Below the pieces are notes generated by a model, which was not told the DNA's origin, did not search any database, and saw only the letters and a program-made list of their open reading frames with translations. DNA of 64,000 bases from IMG/VR virus record IMGVR_UViG_3300023179_008905, positions 1 through 64,000 of that record. The stretch is one strand, 5' to 3'. Below are positions 10,140-20,065 of this stretch, in pieces. The translations under genes were made by a program, and so were the position numbers. Within the stretch, counting starts at the first letter, position 1, and each line of letters starts with the position of its first letter. This stretch comes from a virus.

Positions 10140-11547
10140 AAAGGTTTATTCGTTTTTCCATGTGTGCAGTACTATATTTAAAATCATCGGCTATGTCGAA
10201 TATTATAAGCTTATCCTTATCCTTATGCAAGCGAAGGCCTCTACCAATTGATTGAACTATTTTTATTTTTGCTTTTCCACCGCACGCAAAAACAATATAA
10301 TGTAAATTCTTAATATTGATTCCTGTAGAAAATATTTTTGATATTGCGACCACTACTACATCTGATCTATTTTCCATTAATGATCTTATTTTTTCTCTCT
10401 CTGCAACCTCTACTTCACCGCGAATAAAATATATCTGCTTCTTAGAGCAAAGTTCTTTTAAAGCTCTGTAAAGCGCCTCTCCATGCTCAATAAAGTCTAC
10501 TAAAATGAGAGCATTATTAGTTAACTTGCAAGCTAGCTTACCAATAACATTATTTCTAAATTTATTTCTAATTAAAAATCTCTGCTCTTCTCTATAAAGA
10601 TTTGCGGACGATATAACAACATCTTTGAAGGGGTCTTCATTGTAGCTTATTTTAAGAATCTGCACTAAAACATTGCTTACATAGTTTTCAAGTCTAAGTT
10701 CATGACTATGTTTTTCATATATAACAGGTCCTATTTTACCTATAATATTCCATTGATCAATTAACCCCTCAGGCATTGTACCCGTAAAACCAAAGCGAAC
10801 TGGTGTTTTTATCTTTTTTATAATTTTGTTTATTTCATTTCCTTTACGTATTTTGTGAACCTCGTCTACAATTAAACAATCTATATCTTCAATCCAGGTA
10901 AGATCTGTATTTTTACTTTGTAAAATGCCGAGATTTGCAACTGTAACATTTGCATTACCTTCTAATGGGGTACTACCTGTCCATTTACGAACAGTAAATG
11001 GTACATTATATGTTTTAAAATCTTCAGATGTCTGTTCAACTAAGCCTAGATCAGGTACAATGTAAAGACATTTGAAATTTGAGCCATGTAGTAAGAACAT
11101 CTTTGTTAACAAAGATGCAGCTGTCAACGTCTTGCCACCAGCGGTAGCTAATACTATTGTACCGCGGCCTATTGAATAAGCCTTTTTGACAATCTCTTCT
11201 TGATAATCGCGCAACGGTAAAGCAAGTGGTATTATATTATCACTGTAAAGAGGGTTCGACTTCCATCTGGTAGATGGAACAATTTGTTCGTGAAATAAAG
11301 GATCAGTTTTTACTTCACCTACATAGTTTTTTGTAGTTAAAAATTTTCTTATTTCAAAATAAAGCCCGGGTTCAAATCTACCTGTGGGTGTTATTGCATA
11401 AGTTCTTTGAGGTAAAAATCTTCCGTATCTTCTGCGTACAAAAAAAGCAGCATCATTTTTAACAGAAAAATTCTCTCTAATTTCTTCAAATTGTTCGCCA
11501 GATAGAATACCGGTACCCTTCTTAGGGTCGTAAGAAAAATTAATCAT
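10090..11547 (-). CDS. uvsW: SF2 helicase UvsW
   Basis: LRDYQ, ATAGGKT, DEVH, TGT, QSIGRGLR. Confidence 0.92.
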   Translation of the reverse strand: MINFSYDPKKGTGILSGEQFEEIRENFSVKNDAAFFVRRRYGRFLPQRTYAITPTGRFEPGLYFEIRKFLTTKNYVGEVKTDPLFHEQIVPSTRWKSNPLYSDNIIPLALPLRDYQEEIVKKAYSIGRGTIVLATAGGKTLTAASLLTKMFLLHGSNFKCLYIVPDLGLVEQTSEDFKTYNVPFTVRKWTGSTPLEGNANVTVANLGILQSKNTDLTWIEDIDCLIVDEVHKIRKGNEINKIIKKIKTPVRFGFTGTMPEGLIDQWNIIGKIGPVIYEKHSHELRLENYVSNVLVQILKISYNEDPFKDVVISSANLYREEQRFLIRNKFRNNVIGKLACKLTNNALILVDFIEHGEALYRALKELCSKKQIYFIRGEVEVAEREKIRSLMENRSDVVVVAISKIFSTGINIKNLHYIVFACGGKAKIKIVQSIGRGLRLHKDKDKLIIFDIADDFKYSTAHMEKRINLYEKEKIKYTIKKIAEI

Positions 11548-11936
11548 GTAGTTTCTAGCTTAATAATGTCTACTAAATTTTTTATATCGTACGAAGTTGA
11601 GCTTAATGTTTTTTCTGACTTTTCGAGTAGTTCAACAACAAGTTCTAATTCTTTTATCTTGCTATCTATTTCCGCCACTTCACTATGTTTTTCTGCTGTT
11701 CTTTCTATAACTGGAAGTGCTAATTTTACCGGGCTTTGCTCTTGTATTTTATCTACTAATTCTTTTTTTAGTAATTCTCGTTTTTTACGCAACTCATTGA
11801 TATCCATCTTATGACGTATTAATCTACCTGCCCATTTGTGTTTAATGCCTGGCAGTTTGAGTTGATATTCTTTTAATACCAATTCATCAATTTTAAGATC
11901 ATTTTCTAGCTCTTTTATATAATTTTCTAGCAGCAT
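11544..11936 (-). CDS. uvsY: Recombination mediator, UvsY-like
   Basis: About 130-aa helical protein (start MLLENY at 11936) with DLKID motif, directly upstream of uvsW. Confidence 0.7.
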   Translation of the reverse strand: MLLENYIKELENDLKIDELVLKEYQLKLPGIKHKWAGRLIRHKMDINELRKKRELLKKELVDKIQEQSPVKLALPVIERTAEKHSEVAEIDSKIKELELVVELLEKSEKTLSSTSYDIKNLVDIIKLETT

Positions 11937-11962
11937 TAACTTAAATAATAGTATAGAGTTAT

Positions 11963-12229
11963 ATGAAATCAAATAATTTATTTGAAGAAGCTTTTTTAAA
12001 GGCTCTAAATGAAATGAATATGGCAGGAGGCTTGGGTAGTGTTTTTGGAGGAGGATTTGTTGATGTAGGCGCAACCGGAGGTAAGGTACCTGGAGCTCCT
12101 AATGACGTCTATGCTCCTAATGATACAAGAGTTCCAAAAGTTCTAGGAATGGGTAAAAAAAAGAAAAAAGAAAAAATTGTTATTCAAAGACGCCCACTTC
12201 CGGGCTTAGGCAAAGAAGTTGTAAATTAA
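11963..12229 (+). CDS. Small late protein homologous to the major capsid protein N-arm
   Basis: Residues 17-61 align with gp23 residues 60-108 (PNDVYAPNDTRVPKVL vs PNDTYAPNDTRLPKIL); TAAATA upstream. Confidence 0.8.
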   Translation: MKSNNLFEEAFLKALNEMNMAGGLGSVFGGGFVDVGATGGKVPGAPNDVYAPNDTRVPKVLGMGKKKKKEKIVIQRRPLPGLGKEVVN

Positions 12230-12250
12230 TTGTTTACACCTAATTACCTT

Positions 12251-12670
12251 ATGGATTTAGGCCACTGGGTATTGACTGAAGGTGTTTCATTAGACGAAAA
12301 TACTTTTGGATTTATTTATGAAATTACCAATACTTTAAATAATAAAAAATATATTGGCAAAAAACAATGTAAATCTAAATTAAAAAGAAAGCCTTTAAAA
12401 GGCAAAAAAAATAAAAGAATAGAAATTAAAGAATCGGATTGGAAAGAATATACAAGCTCCTCAACAGAATTAAATGAAGATATTAAAAAATATGGAAAAG
12501 ATAAATTTACTTTTAGAATTATACGGGCTTGTAGTTCTAAATGGGAATTAGCATACTTTGAAATTTCTGAACAAATTGCTAAAAACGTTTTAATGAGAGA
12601 TGATTATTATAACGGCATTATTAATGTTCGTATCGGTCGCCCTCCTAAAAACTTCTTGAATAGTTTGTAA
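12251..12670 (+). CDS. GIY-YIG family endonuclease
   Basis: GFIYEITN...KKYIGKK, YYNG; likely start MDLGHW. Confidence 0.8.
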   Translation: MDLGHWVLTEGVSLDENTFGFIYEITNTLNNKKYIGKKQCKSKLKRKPLKGKKNKRIEIKESDWKEYTSSSTELNEDIKKYGKDKFTFRIIRACSSKWELAYFEISEQIAKNVLMRDDYYNGIINVRIGRPPKNFLNSL

Positions 12671-12688
12671 TTTCATACATACTTAAGT

Positions 12689-13249
12689 ATGCTCAAAAAA
12701 CTTGAGTTTAAGCAATATAATTTTAGACTCGTTAACTTTAACCATATTTTGCGTAAAGTAGAGGTCGATATTATTAATGATCTGCACAAATACCATTTAT
12801 TAAAAGATAGAATAACAACCAGCGCTAAACAATTTTTCTATCATCATATTATATTTGGCATTTGTGAATATCTTCTAAATGATAAAACAAATGAAAAAAC
12901 AGTTGTCTATTTTAACAATACCCAACTAGAACAGTTATTGTTAGTAAAATACTTTAAAGAAGAAGATATACTGAAACTACTCGATCAAATACTTAGTAAA
13001 GTAAAAAAATTGCTTCCAATTAAAGTATTTCTAACAAATATTTCATTTGAATTCTTACACCATTTACTCTCAAAAAATGAAGGTAGAGGGTTAGAATTAA
13101 TTAGTAATATACGTTCTTACATTGATAGTGTTAATATTGAACGATATACCTTTGCAAAAGTAAAAACATTTACAAAGAAAAATAACCTTATTTTTTTAAA
13201 TAAAGAATACTTCAATCAGCTTAAGACTAAACAACTTCTGATCGTTTAA
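12689..13249 (+). CDS. Hypothetical protein
   Basis: ORF preceded by TTGAAT-16-CATACT-5 nt-ATG. Confidence 0.65.
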   Translation: MLKKLEFKQYNFRLVNFNHILRKVEVDIINDLHKYHLLKDRITTSAKQFFYHHIIFGICEYLLNDKTNEKTVVYFNNTQLEQLLLVKYFKEEDILKLLDQILSKVKKLLPIKVFLTNISFEFLHHLLSKNEGRGLELISNIRSYIDSVNIERYTFAKVKTFTKKNNLIFLNKEYFNQLKTKQLLIV

Positions 13250-13265
13250 ATTAATAAATATTTAA

Positions 13266-14177
13266 ATGGCCGATATAACAGTTTCCCAGCTTACTAGAGG
13301 ACTGCCTCCGGTAAATGCTTTTATCCCTTTTTCTAATGGAACGACTACGCTTGCTGTTGCTCCTTCTGGGTTATTGGTTAATGCGGGTAAAGTTGGTATT
13401 AATACAGCAACACCAACGTCAGAATTAACACTTTCAAGATCTGTACAGCTTTCGGCTGATTCTATAGAGCTTAATGTTAGAAGCGGTATTACTGAAGGTA
13501 ATTTTGATGGAATAAAATTTACGCAAACCGCAGGTACTTATAATGAGCTCGCAGCTATAAGATGCAAGTATTTTAATAACGGGCAAACGGCATTAGAACT
13601 TTCAACAAGAGAAAATAATGGTGTAAACCTTAAGGTTGAGTCAATGCTTACTCTGGACCGTAATAACGGTAATGTCTTAAATCATGGTTTAATATTAAGT
13701 GGTAGCAGTTTATATAATCAAGGAAATAGTGCTTTTCCTGATAGTGGTGTTACAAGTCTAAATGTTGCTAGAGGGTGGACATATGGCTACAACGATGTTA
13801 CTGGAAACCTATCTTTTTACACTCATATACTATTACCTCCTGATTTTAATCAAAACAACTATCAAATGTTTTTATTAGAAATAAAAGGATATAATTTTAG
13901 AAGCGCTACAGCTCAACTTATAAATTTAATTGTAGGTGGTTACGTAACCCCAGTATCAAACGGTGGACCAATAAGAAATGTTTCCGCCTGGCAGGCATTA
14001 GGTGATTTTAATCCAACAGCATATTATAGCAGTACATATAATAGAGGGGTTGTGAGGTTTTACTTATCAAATGCTTACTATGCTTCTTTTGTAGTTAATT
14101 CCATATGTGTAGGTAATGGTAGAATTATTAAGCCTGGGGAACTACAAATCATTTATAGTTCCAGTGCAACATTATAA
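13266..14177 (+). CDS. Putative fibre/decoration protein (MAD-anchor family)
   Basis: GKVGINTATP tail-fibre repeat; N-terminus shared with 20776 and 21659; TAAATA 5 nt upstream. Confidence 0.65.
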   Translation: MADITVSQLTRGLPPVNAFIPFSNGTTTLAVAPSGLLVNAGKVGINTATPTSELTLSRSVQLSADSIELNVRSGITEGNFDGIKFTQTAGTYNELAAIRCKYFNNGQTALELSTRENNGVNLKVESMLTLDRNNGNVLNHGLILSGSSLYNQGNSAFPDSGVTSLNVARGWTYGYNDVTGNLSFYTHILLPPDFNQNNYQMFLLEIKGYNFRSATAQLINLIVGGYVTPVSNGGPIRNVSAWQALGDFNPTAYYSSTYNRGVVRFYLSNAYYASFVVNSICVGNGRIIKPGELQIIYSSSATL

Positions 14178-14188
14178 TAAATAACTAT

Positions 14189-14638
14189 ATGAGCTTTAAC
14201 TCTAAGTTGTCCGAATATTTAAAATTGTTTACTGAGCAAGGTGAAGAACAGCAGGTTGATGCTACAGCTCCTGCACCTCAGCAAGCACCACCTCCTACAC
14301 CACCCACAGCTCAAAAAGAAGAGCCCTCTGCATTACCACCAGAAGGTTATGTTGATATGGTTAGAATGTTAGCGAAAGCTTTAGTCATGAATATACCTGC
14401 AGGTACTATTGATGCTTTGTTTACAAAACCTATTAATCAAGAATCTGCAGTTGAAGCAAGAGAAGCATTGCAACAGTCTATAGCTTCTAACGAAAATTAT
14501 GAAGATAACCCTCAGCGTATAACTAACCCCCATGTTAAAAAGTTTGTTGATTCTATAAATGAAAATAACTTTATGGCAAAATACAAAGAGATTCTTAATA
14601 TAATGAAGCGTTATAGCAACGATCCCAATCTCAAATGA
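14189..14638 (+). CDS. Hypothetical late protein with Pro-rich linker
   Basis: TAAATA 14178-14183; leader MSFNSKLSEYLKLFTE. Confidence 0.65.
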   Translation: MSFNSKLSEYLKLFTEQGEEQQVDATAPAPQQAPPPTPPTAQKEEPSALPPEGYVDMVRMLAKALVMNIPAGTIDALFTKPINQESAVEAREALQQSIASNENYEDNPQRITNPHVKKFVDSINENNFMAKYKEILNIMKRYSNDPNLK

Positions 14639-14639
14639 T

Positions 14640-15869
14640 ATGCATAAGAAAAAGCTTAAAAAGCCTTACAAGTCTCTTGATGAGATTTATCTAAAAGAAT
14701 CTTTTGCTAAGCCTGTACCAGCTCTACCTAGACAAACAATTTTTAACGAAGCTCCAGAAGATAAAACAATAGATGTTTATGCACAAGTAGATGACGGCGG
14801 TAGGCCAAAGCTATTAGGTGCAGTTGATAGAAAAGGTCTTACAAAAATTACTAATATAGTAAGTTCTGATAAAAGCGGAACCGTATTTAAGGACCTTATG
14901 AGTGTATGTAATTTACAAGGATTAGAAAATTTTATATATCCTATTTTTGAAAAATATAATATTAATTACGATGAAGTAAAAAGATTATTAGTTGATGGTA
15001 AAAATTCTAAAGCTATGCAATTTCCTATCTCTAATAAAATTGTTGGAAAATCGGGTAGCTTTGAGCTTTGGAATACTTTAAAACCGGTTATAAAAGCTGT
15101 TTTAGTAGAACAAGAAGAAAATGATGCTGTAAATTTATTTTCTGAATTATTTAATTTTGAACCCCCTAAGGGTACAGTAGCTACCGGTAAAGGCGAATTA
15201 GTTATAATTCTTTTTAGTGACGGTAAAAAAGTGAAGTATGAAAAAGATGATGTATCAAAAGGTGATATTGTTTTATCAGATGGTCGACGACTTGAACTAA
15301 AGGTAGGTCAAGGAAGATTAGCTTCTGCAAGAAGTAGAGGATTTGAAAAATTGCGACAATCTGTAGAACAGCTAGTACACAAACGAATGACAGGAGAAAA
15401 TTTAACGTTTGATGAGCTAAAAAATGTTAATTTAGCTTTATCTAAAGAAGAAGATATTAATTTTTCATTACAATTTATTAATAAAAATACTGATCCAAAT
15501 GTTTTAGAAAGTTTAATTTGGGCTCCGAGTTTATTAGGTTATGGTGGAAAGGGGTTTGAATATCTTTTAATTATGAGTAATAAGGATAGAGCAGCGGGTA
15601 AATTTATTCTTAGTTATTATGATATAAAAGATAAGAATATTATTATTGATGCATTGCTAAATAAAAATCTTAGTGTTTATGCAGACAATGAAGGTTTAAC
15701 AATAACTTCTGGCTTAAGACCTACTGGTAAAAGTGCCTATAAGCAGTATAGACCTGCTCCAGTTAAAAAATCTGCTAAAGCAGTAAACCCTTCTTTTACC
15801 CCACCGGTAAGACCACCCGCAATACCAGCTCAACCGACAACACAGGAACAACCTAATGCTAACGTTTAA
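14640..15869 (+). CDS. Putative PD-(D/E)XK nuclease-fold protein
   Basis: GKGE...KGD..DGRRLELK pattern. Confidence 0.45.
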   Translation: MHKKKLKKPYKSLDEIYLKESFAKPVPALPRQTIFNEAPEDKTIDVYAQVDDGGRPKLLGAVDRKGLTKITNIVSSDKSGTVFKDLMSVCNLQGLENFIYPIFEKYNINYDEVKRLLVDGKNSKAMQFPISNKIVGKSGSFELWNTLKPVIKAVLVEQEENDAVNLFSELFNFEPPKGTVATGKGELVIILFSDGKKVKYEKDDVSKGDIVLSDGRRLELKVGQGRLASARSRGFEKLRQSVEQLVHKRMTGENLTFDELKNVNLALSKEEDINFSLQFINKNTDPNVLESLIWAPSLLGYGGKGFEYLLIMSNKDRAAGKFILSYYDIKDKNIIIDALLNKNLSVYADNEGLTITSGLRPTGKSAYKQYRPAPVKKSAKAVNPSFTPPVRPPAIPAQPTTQEQPNANV

Positions 15870-17043
15870 GCAATTTCTTCTTGAAGGTGGAGTAGCTGGT
15901 CATATGGCTCATCCTTTCGATTTACCTAATGTAAATACGGGTAAAGATCTTATTAATATTTTTAATAAAATAGTTAATAGTTTAAAAAAGAAGCCTTCTA
16001 CAGTAAAGATAGACGGTGTTAACGCTTCTATAAAGTTAATAACAAATGCCGAGGGTAATAAAGAGTTTGCTATGGATAGAGGCTCTAGCAAGCCTGAAGA
16101 CGTGGAAGGTGTTACAATATCAAGACTAACTGCAAGGTTTCCAGCAGGTCATGGTATGATAGAAACAGGAAAGACTGTTCTTAATATTTTTAATACAGCT
16201 ATTCCTAGCATAGAACCTGAACTAAAAAAACTTAAAATGTGGAATAATCCTAAAATTCTTTTTAATATGGAATTCGTAAAAGGTGCAACCAATGTTATTG
16301 GATATGCTAATAACTTCTTAGCAATACATGGTTTAAATGAAATTATAGAAGTAAAAAGCCCTGTTCGTGGAAGCGTAAGAAGAGCTTCACGTGAAATATC
16401 TTATGACAAAAAAGCATTACTTTCTTTAATTCAAAAAGTAGACCCTATTGCTAAGAAGTCCGGTTTTGATGTTGAGCATGAATTTACTGTAGAATTAAAA
16501 GATGTAAATTTTAATGATGTTTTAAATCAAAAATTTACCGTTAGCTATGATTCTAAAACTTTTGATACTAGGCCTTTAAAAGATTGGCTTTTAAAAGCTA
16601 AGAATCCTAGGGCTGAAAAAATTAAAACAGCTTCTGGCAAAACAATAAGTGCAATGAGCTTAGAAAACTATAAGAATGTAATTTCTGGTATTCCTATGAT
16701 ACAGTATATAGGTAATAATAAAAAGGTAATAGAAAAAGCTATCAACGGTGCTTTATTTTATCATGCAACATTACTAATGGGTGATAAGATTAAGCAAGCT
16801 TCGACATCAAAGCTTGGCTCTCTTCAAACACAAGAAGGCATTGTTGTAAGAGATTCTACAGTATCTTCTAACCCAGTTAAAATAACAGGAAGCTTTATCA
16901 CAGGAAAAGAGGCTGGTAAATTTGCCAAACGCGGTGAAAATGAAGAAAATCAAAGACAAATGTCTAATCAAAATTATATGGTAAATCCTGAATTTGGAAA
17001 AGAAGGTGCACGATTAACGCAAACACCAGGAATGTCTATATGA
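15856..17043 (+). CDS. Ligase-superfamily nucleotidyltransferase-like protein (DUF6267-like)
   Basis: GHMAHP, TVKIDG (KxDG), EGIVV, VKITG. Confidence 0.55.
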   Translation: MLTFKQFLLEGGVAGHMAHPFDLPNVNTGKDLINIFNKIVNSLKKKPSTVKIDGVNASIKLITNAEGNKEFAMDRGSSKPEDVEGVTISRLTARFPAGHGMIETGKTVLNIFNTAIPSIEPELKKLKMWNNPKILFNMEFVKGATNVIGYANNFLAIHGLNEIIEVKSPVRGSVRRASREISYDKKALLSLIQKVDPIAKKSGFDVEHEFTVELKDVNFNDVLNQKFTVSYDSKTFDTRPLKDWLLKAKNPRAEKIKTASGKTISAMSLENYKNVISGIPMIQYIGNNKKVIEKAINGALFYHATLLMGDKIKQASTSKLGSLQTQEGIVVRDSTVSSNPVKITGSFITGKEAGKFAKRGENEENQRQMSNQNYMVNPEFGKEGARLTQTPGMSI

Positions 17044-17690
17044 AATTCGATAAATTAGTAAATGAAATTTTAATGCCACAAAAAAATAATTTAATCGTTA
17101 TATTTCCTGGGCGCTTTCAACCTTTTCATGTAGGTCATAAACATTTATTTGATATGGCTAAAAAACAGTTTCCGGGGGCTGATTTTTTTATAGCTACAGC
17201 AGATGAAATAGCTAAAAAAGAAGACCCATCTCGCTATCCTTTTAATTTTAAAGAAAAAAAAGAAATTATTAAAGCAACGGGTATTCCTGAAAAAGAAATA
17301 GCCCAGGTTAAAATGCCTTATAAGCCTTTAGAAATTTTAAAAAATTATGATCCTAATGTTGCAAAAGTAGTTTATCTTGTAGGTAAAAAAGATATGGAAT
17401 CAGATCCTCGTTTTGCATTTGGAATAACTAAGAAAGGAACGCCTACTTATTTTCAACCGTTTGCTGATTTACAATCTATGCAACCATTTAAAGAGCAAGG
17501 TGGTCACGGTTATATCTATGCTCCGGCTACAATTGAATTTAACCTAGGTAAAAAGAAGATAACAAGTGCAACCGAACTTAGAAATATGTATAAAGCATCT
17601 AATGAAGCTGTAAGAAAACAAATCGTGCAAGCTGTTATTGGAAAATTTGACCCTAAAATTTATAACCTATTTAATTCTAAATTAAGTTAA
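17040..17690 (+). CDS. HIGH-motif cytidylyl/adenylyltransferase-like protein
   Basis: FPGRFQPFHVGH, VGKKD, SATELR. Confidence 0.8.
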   Translation: MKFDKLVNEILMPQKNNLIVIFPGRFQPFHVGHKHLFDMAKKQFPGADFFIATADEIAKKEDPSRYPFNFKEKKEIIKATGIPEKEIAQVKMPYKPLEILKNYDPNVAKVVYLVGKKDMESDPRFAFGITKKGTPTYFQPFADLQSMQPFKEQGGHGYIYAPATIEFNLGKKKITSATELRNMYKASNEAVRKQIVQAVIGKFDPKIYNLFNSKLS

Positions 17691-18335
17691 ATTCTTTTTC
17701 TTTTCAAGTATTAGAATAGTTTCTAGCAATACCTTTTCTAAGTTTTCGGCAGATTCGCGTCTTAAAACATCACTTAGTTTATTCAAAAGAACATCTCCAC
17801 CTTTTGTGATAGCACTATAAAGCTCCTCTTCATTACTCTCTTCAAAGTTGTTGTCGCCACACATTCCATGTTGTGGGTTTAGAGCTTTTTCATAATCTTC
17901 ATAACCAAACACTGATTCAATTTGATCGTGTGCATTAGTTAGCTTGCTTAAAACCCAAGCTTCAACATTATCTTTACCGTTCATTAAATCATGTAACATA
18001 GCGGATAATTTGAAAATTCTAAACAAAAGCTGTCTACACATCTTACCATTACTGTCATAAGTTTCAGGATTATAGCCTTCACAATCTTCGCTTTTATCTT
18101 TATGTTGATTAGCTTTACATTCTACACACCCATTACACTTACATCCTTTAGCAGCATAAACGCAATGCTCTTCAGATTCTTCACAACCGCAATGTCTTTT
18201 TGGAATAGTAATTTTAGCTAGCTTTGTAGGGGTAGGGCCTACATCGGAAATAGCTTGGGGACCCATTCCTACGTCTTCTTTTACAATCTTTTGATTGTAA
18301 ATTTCGTTTAATAAATGAAAGTCTTTGTGAAACAT
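17682..18335 (-). CDS. Hypothetical late protein with Cys-rich segment
   Basis: CGC...C...CKCNGCVEC; VEAWVLSKLT; TAAATA upstream on the minus strand. Confidence 0.65.
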   Translation of the reverse strand: MFHKDFHLLNEIYNQKIVKEDVGMGPQAISDVGPTPTKLAKITIPKRHCGCEESEEHCVYAAKGCKCNGCVECKANQHKDKSEDCEGYNPETYDSNGKMCRQLLFRIFKLSAMLHDLMNGKDNVEAWVLSKLTNAHDQIESVFGYEDYEKALNPQHGMCGDNNFEESNEEELYSAITKGGDVLLNKLSDVLRRESAENLEKVLLETILILEKKKNLT

Positions 18336-18371
18336 ACCGATAAATATTTATTCAAATATATAAATAATTTT

Positions 18372-18659
18372 ATGTTATTCGAAAAAGCATTTATCAATGC
18401 ATTGCAACAAGATATATTAGAAGAAGGAAAAGGTTCTCGTTGTACAAAAGTAACAGGACAACAGTCTTCTACCCGTTCTGATAAAAAATATATGAGATGT
18501 GTTAGAAAAGACGGTAAGTTAAAGAGAATACACTATGGAGATCCAAATTTAAGAATAAAAAAGTCTAATCCTTCAAGACGTAAATCATTTAGAGCTCGTC
18601 ATAAATGTTCATCAGCAAAGCCCGGGACTCCAAAATATTACAGCTGTAAGAACTGGTAA
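18372..18659 (+). CDS. Small basic protein of T4-like phages (DUF6321-like)
   Basis: YGDPNLRIK...RRKSFRARHKC...YYSCKNW; TATAAATA 5 nt before ATG 18372. Confidence 0.7.
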   Translation: MLFEKAFINALQQDILEEGKGSRCTKVTGQQSSTRSDKKYMRCVRKDGKLKRIHYGDPNLRIKKSNPSRRKSFRARHKCSSAKPGTPKYYSCKNW

Positions 18660-19045
18660 CCGCTTCCTGTAGAATAATAAACCTTTTTAAATTTTAGTTG
18701 ATCTAATAACGAACTACATCCTTGACAGGGTTTAGATAAATCTAAGGCGTTATTTCTATTAATTCTTGTATTAATAATTGTATAATCAGAGCAGTCTTCT
18801 TCTCCAAGCTTTAATACGGCAGATAACTCAGAATGTACACCAATAGTATCAGAAATATCTTCCCCCTTTCTATTGTAAAACCCTATTTTTTTGTTCTTTG
18901 GATGTGTTTTGTTTGGATTGTTGAAACCTATAGAAACTAACCTATTTTTGTAGAAAATAAAAGAGAAATGCTTACAGCGATAATTACCATGCTTTTTTAG
19001 TAAAGCATAAGAAATTTCAGTACACCTCTTAAATAAATTATCCAT
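18638..19045 (-). CDS. Zn-dependent cytidine/nucleotide deaminase-fold protein
   Basis: HSE...SKPCQGC (HxE/PCxxC). Confidence 0.8.
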   Translation of the reverse strand: MDNLFKRCTEISYALLKKHGNYRCKHFSFIFYKNRLVSIGFNNPNKTHPKNKKIGFYNRKGEDISDTIGVHSELSAVLKLGEEDCSDYTIINTRINRNNALDLSKPCQGCSSLLDQLKFKKVYYSTGSGYQFLQL

Positions 19046-19092
19046 ATAGTAATGTTATATGAAACAAGCTTACAAATCAATAAATATTTAAA

Positions 19093-19752
19093 ATGGAAAC
19101 ATTTAAAGAATTTTATGATAAACCGGTCTTTGGAGTTACTGAGTTTGTTGACATCGATGGTGTGGGTCGTGTTAAAGCCAAAATTGATAGTGGTAACGAG
19201 GCCTTTAACGTCCTTCATGGGGTGGATGTCTCTGAAGATAGTGAAAGTGTATCTTTCACTACCGTAGATGGTAAACAAATCAAAGCACCTAAAGCAGGTG
19301 ACATTAAAATTCATATTGGAAGCGGAGTAAAAGAAGATAGACCTATAGTAAAATTGAATATAAAAATAAATGGAAAAGAATACAAAGATGTTCCTTTCAG
19401 TATTGCTGATCGTTCAGAAAATGAAGATCCTATTTTAGTTGGTGAGCCCTTTCTTAAGAAACTAAATGCGGTTATTGATGTTAACAAAGAATTACATGAA
19501 TCAACGCGTTACAATGTTATTGCTATTAATAAAAAAGATCCGTTGTCAAGAGAATGGATGAGACCGAGTTTTAGCGAAAAGGCCATTCGCCATATAGCTA
19601 ACAAACAGAAAACTTTAATTGTAAATCAACACGGAGGTCCTAAGTTTAAGGGAAAAGATATTCTAAAAATTTACAACCCACAAACAAAAAAACCTTTTAT
19701 AGTTTTTAAGAAAAAATTAAAATCTAAACCCTCTGAATCCGATACTCTGTAA
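19093..19752 (+). CDS. RimK-associated retropepsin-like protease
   Basis: AKIDSG, ADRS..EDPILVG; TAAATA 6 nt upstream. Confidence 0.75.
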   Translation: METFKEFYDKPVFGVTEFVDIDGVGRVKAKIDSGNEAFNVLHGVDVSEDSESVSFTTVDGKQIKAPKAGDIKIHIGSGVKEDRPIVKLNIKINGKEYKDVPFSIADRSENEDPILVGEPFLKKLNAVIDVNKELHESTRYNVIAINKKDPLSREWMRPSFSEKAIRHIANKQKTLIVNQHGGPKFKGKDILKIYNPQTKKPFIVFKKKLKSKPSESDTL

Positions 19753-20046
19753 AATAGATTCAACATTGTTTTGATCAATTACCTCTGCAACGTAAACTGT
19801 GGGATGGTAATTAAAATCTTTATCAATTCTCATACCTTCTTCTTCACCGAATACAGTTAATTCATCTACAAAATCCATGGCACCAAATGCTTTTAAAAAA
19901 CGATAATAAAAATCCTTTTCAGCAATACATTCTATAATTACATCAAAATTTAAATACTCATGAGCTATAAAAGTCACATCCCTCACACACGAAATAGACG
20001 ATGGAGGGTTTATTAAATCGCCATTTATTAATAGCGACTGACTCAC
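19717..20046 (-). CDS. Hypothetical protein
   Basis: GTG start with TAAATA just upstream. Confidence 0.55.
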   Translation of the reverse strand: MSQSLLINGDLINPPSSISCVRDVTFIAHEYLNFDVIIECIAEKDFYYRFLKAFGAMDFVDELTVFGEEEGMRIDKDFNYHPTVYVAEVIDQNNVESILQSIGFRGFRF

Positions 20047-20065
20047 ATAAATATTTAGTCAATAT

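Noticed and set aside
12251-12670. Mobile homing endonuclease
   Set aside because: Only a catalytic GIY-YIG domain, with no DNA-binding repeats and no interrupted gene; more like a resident T4-type nuclease
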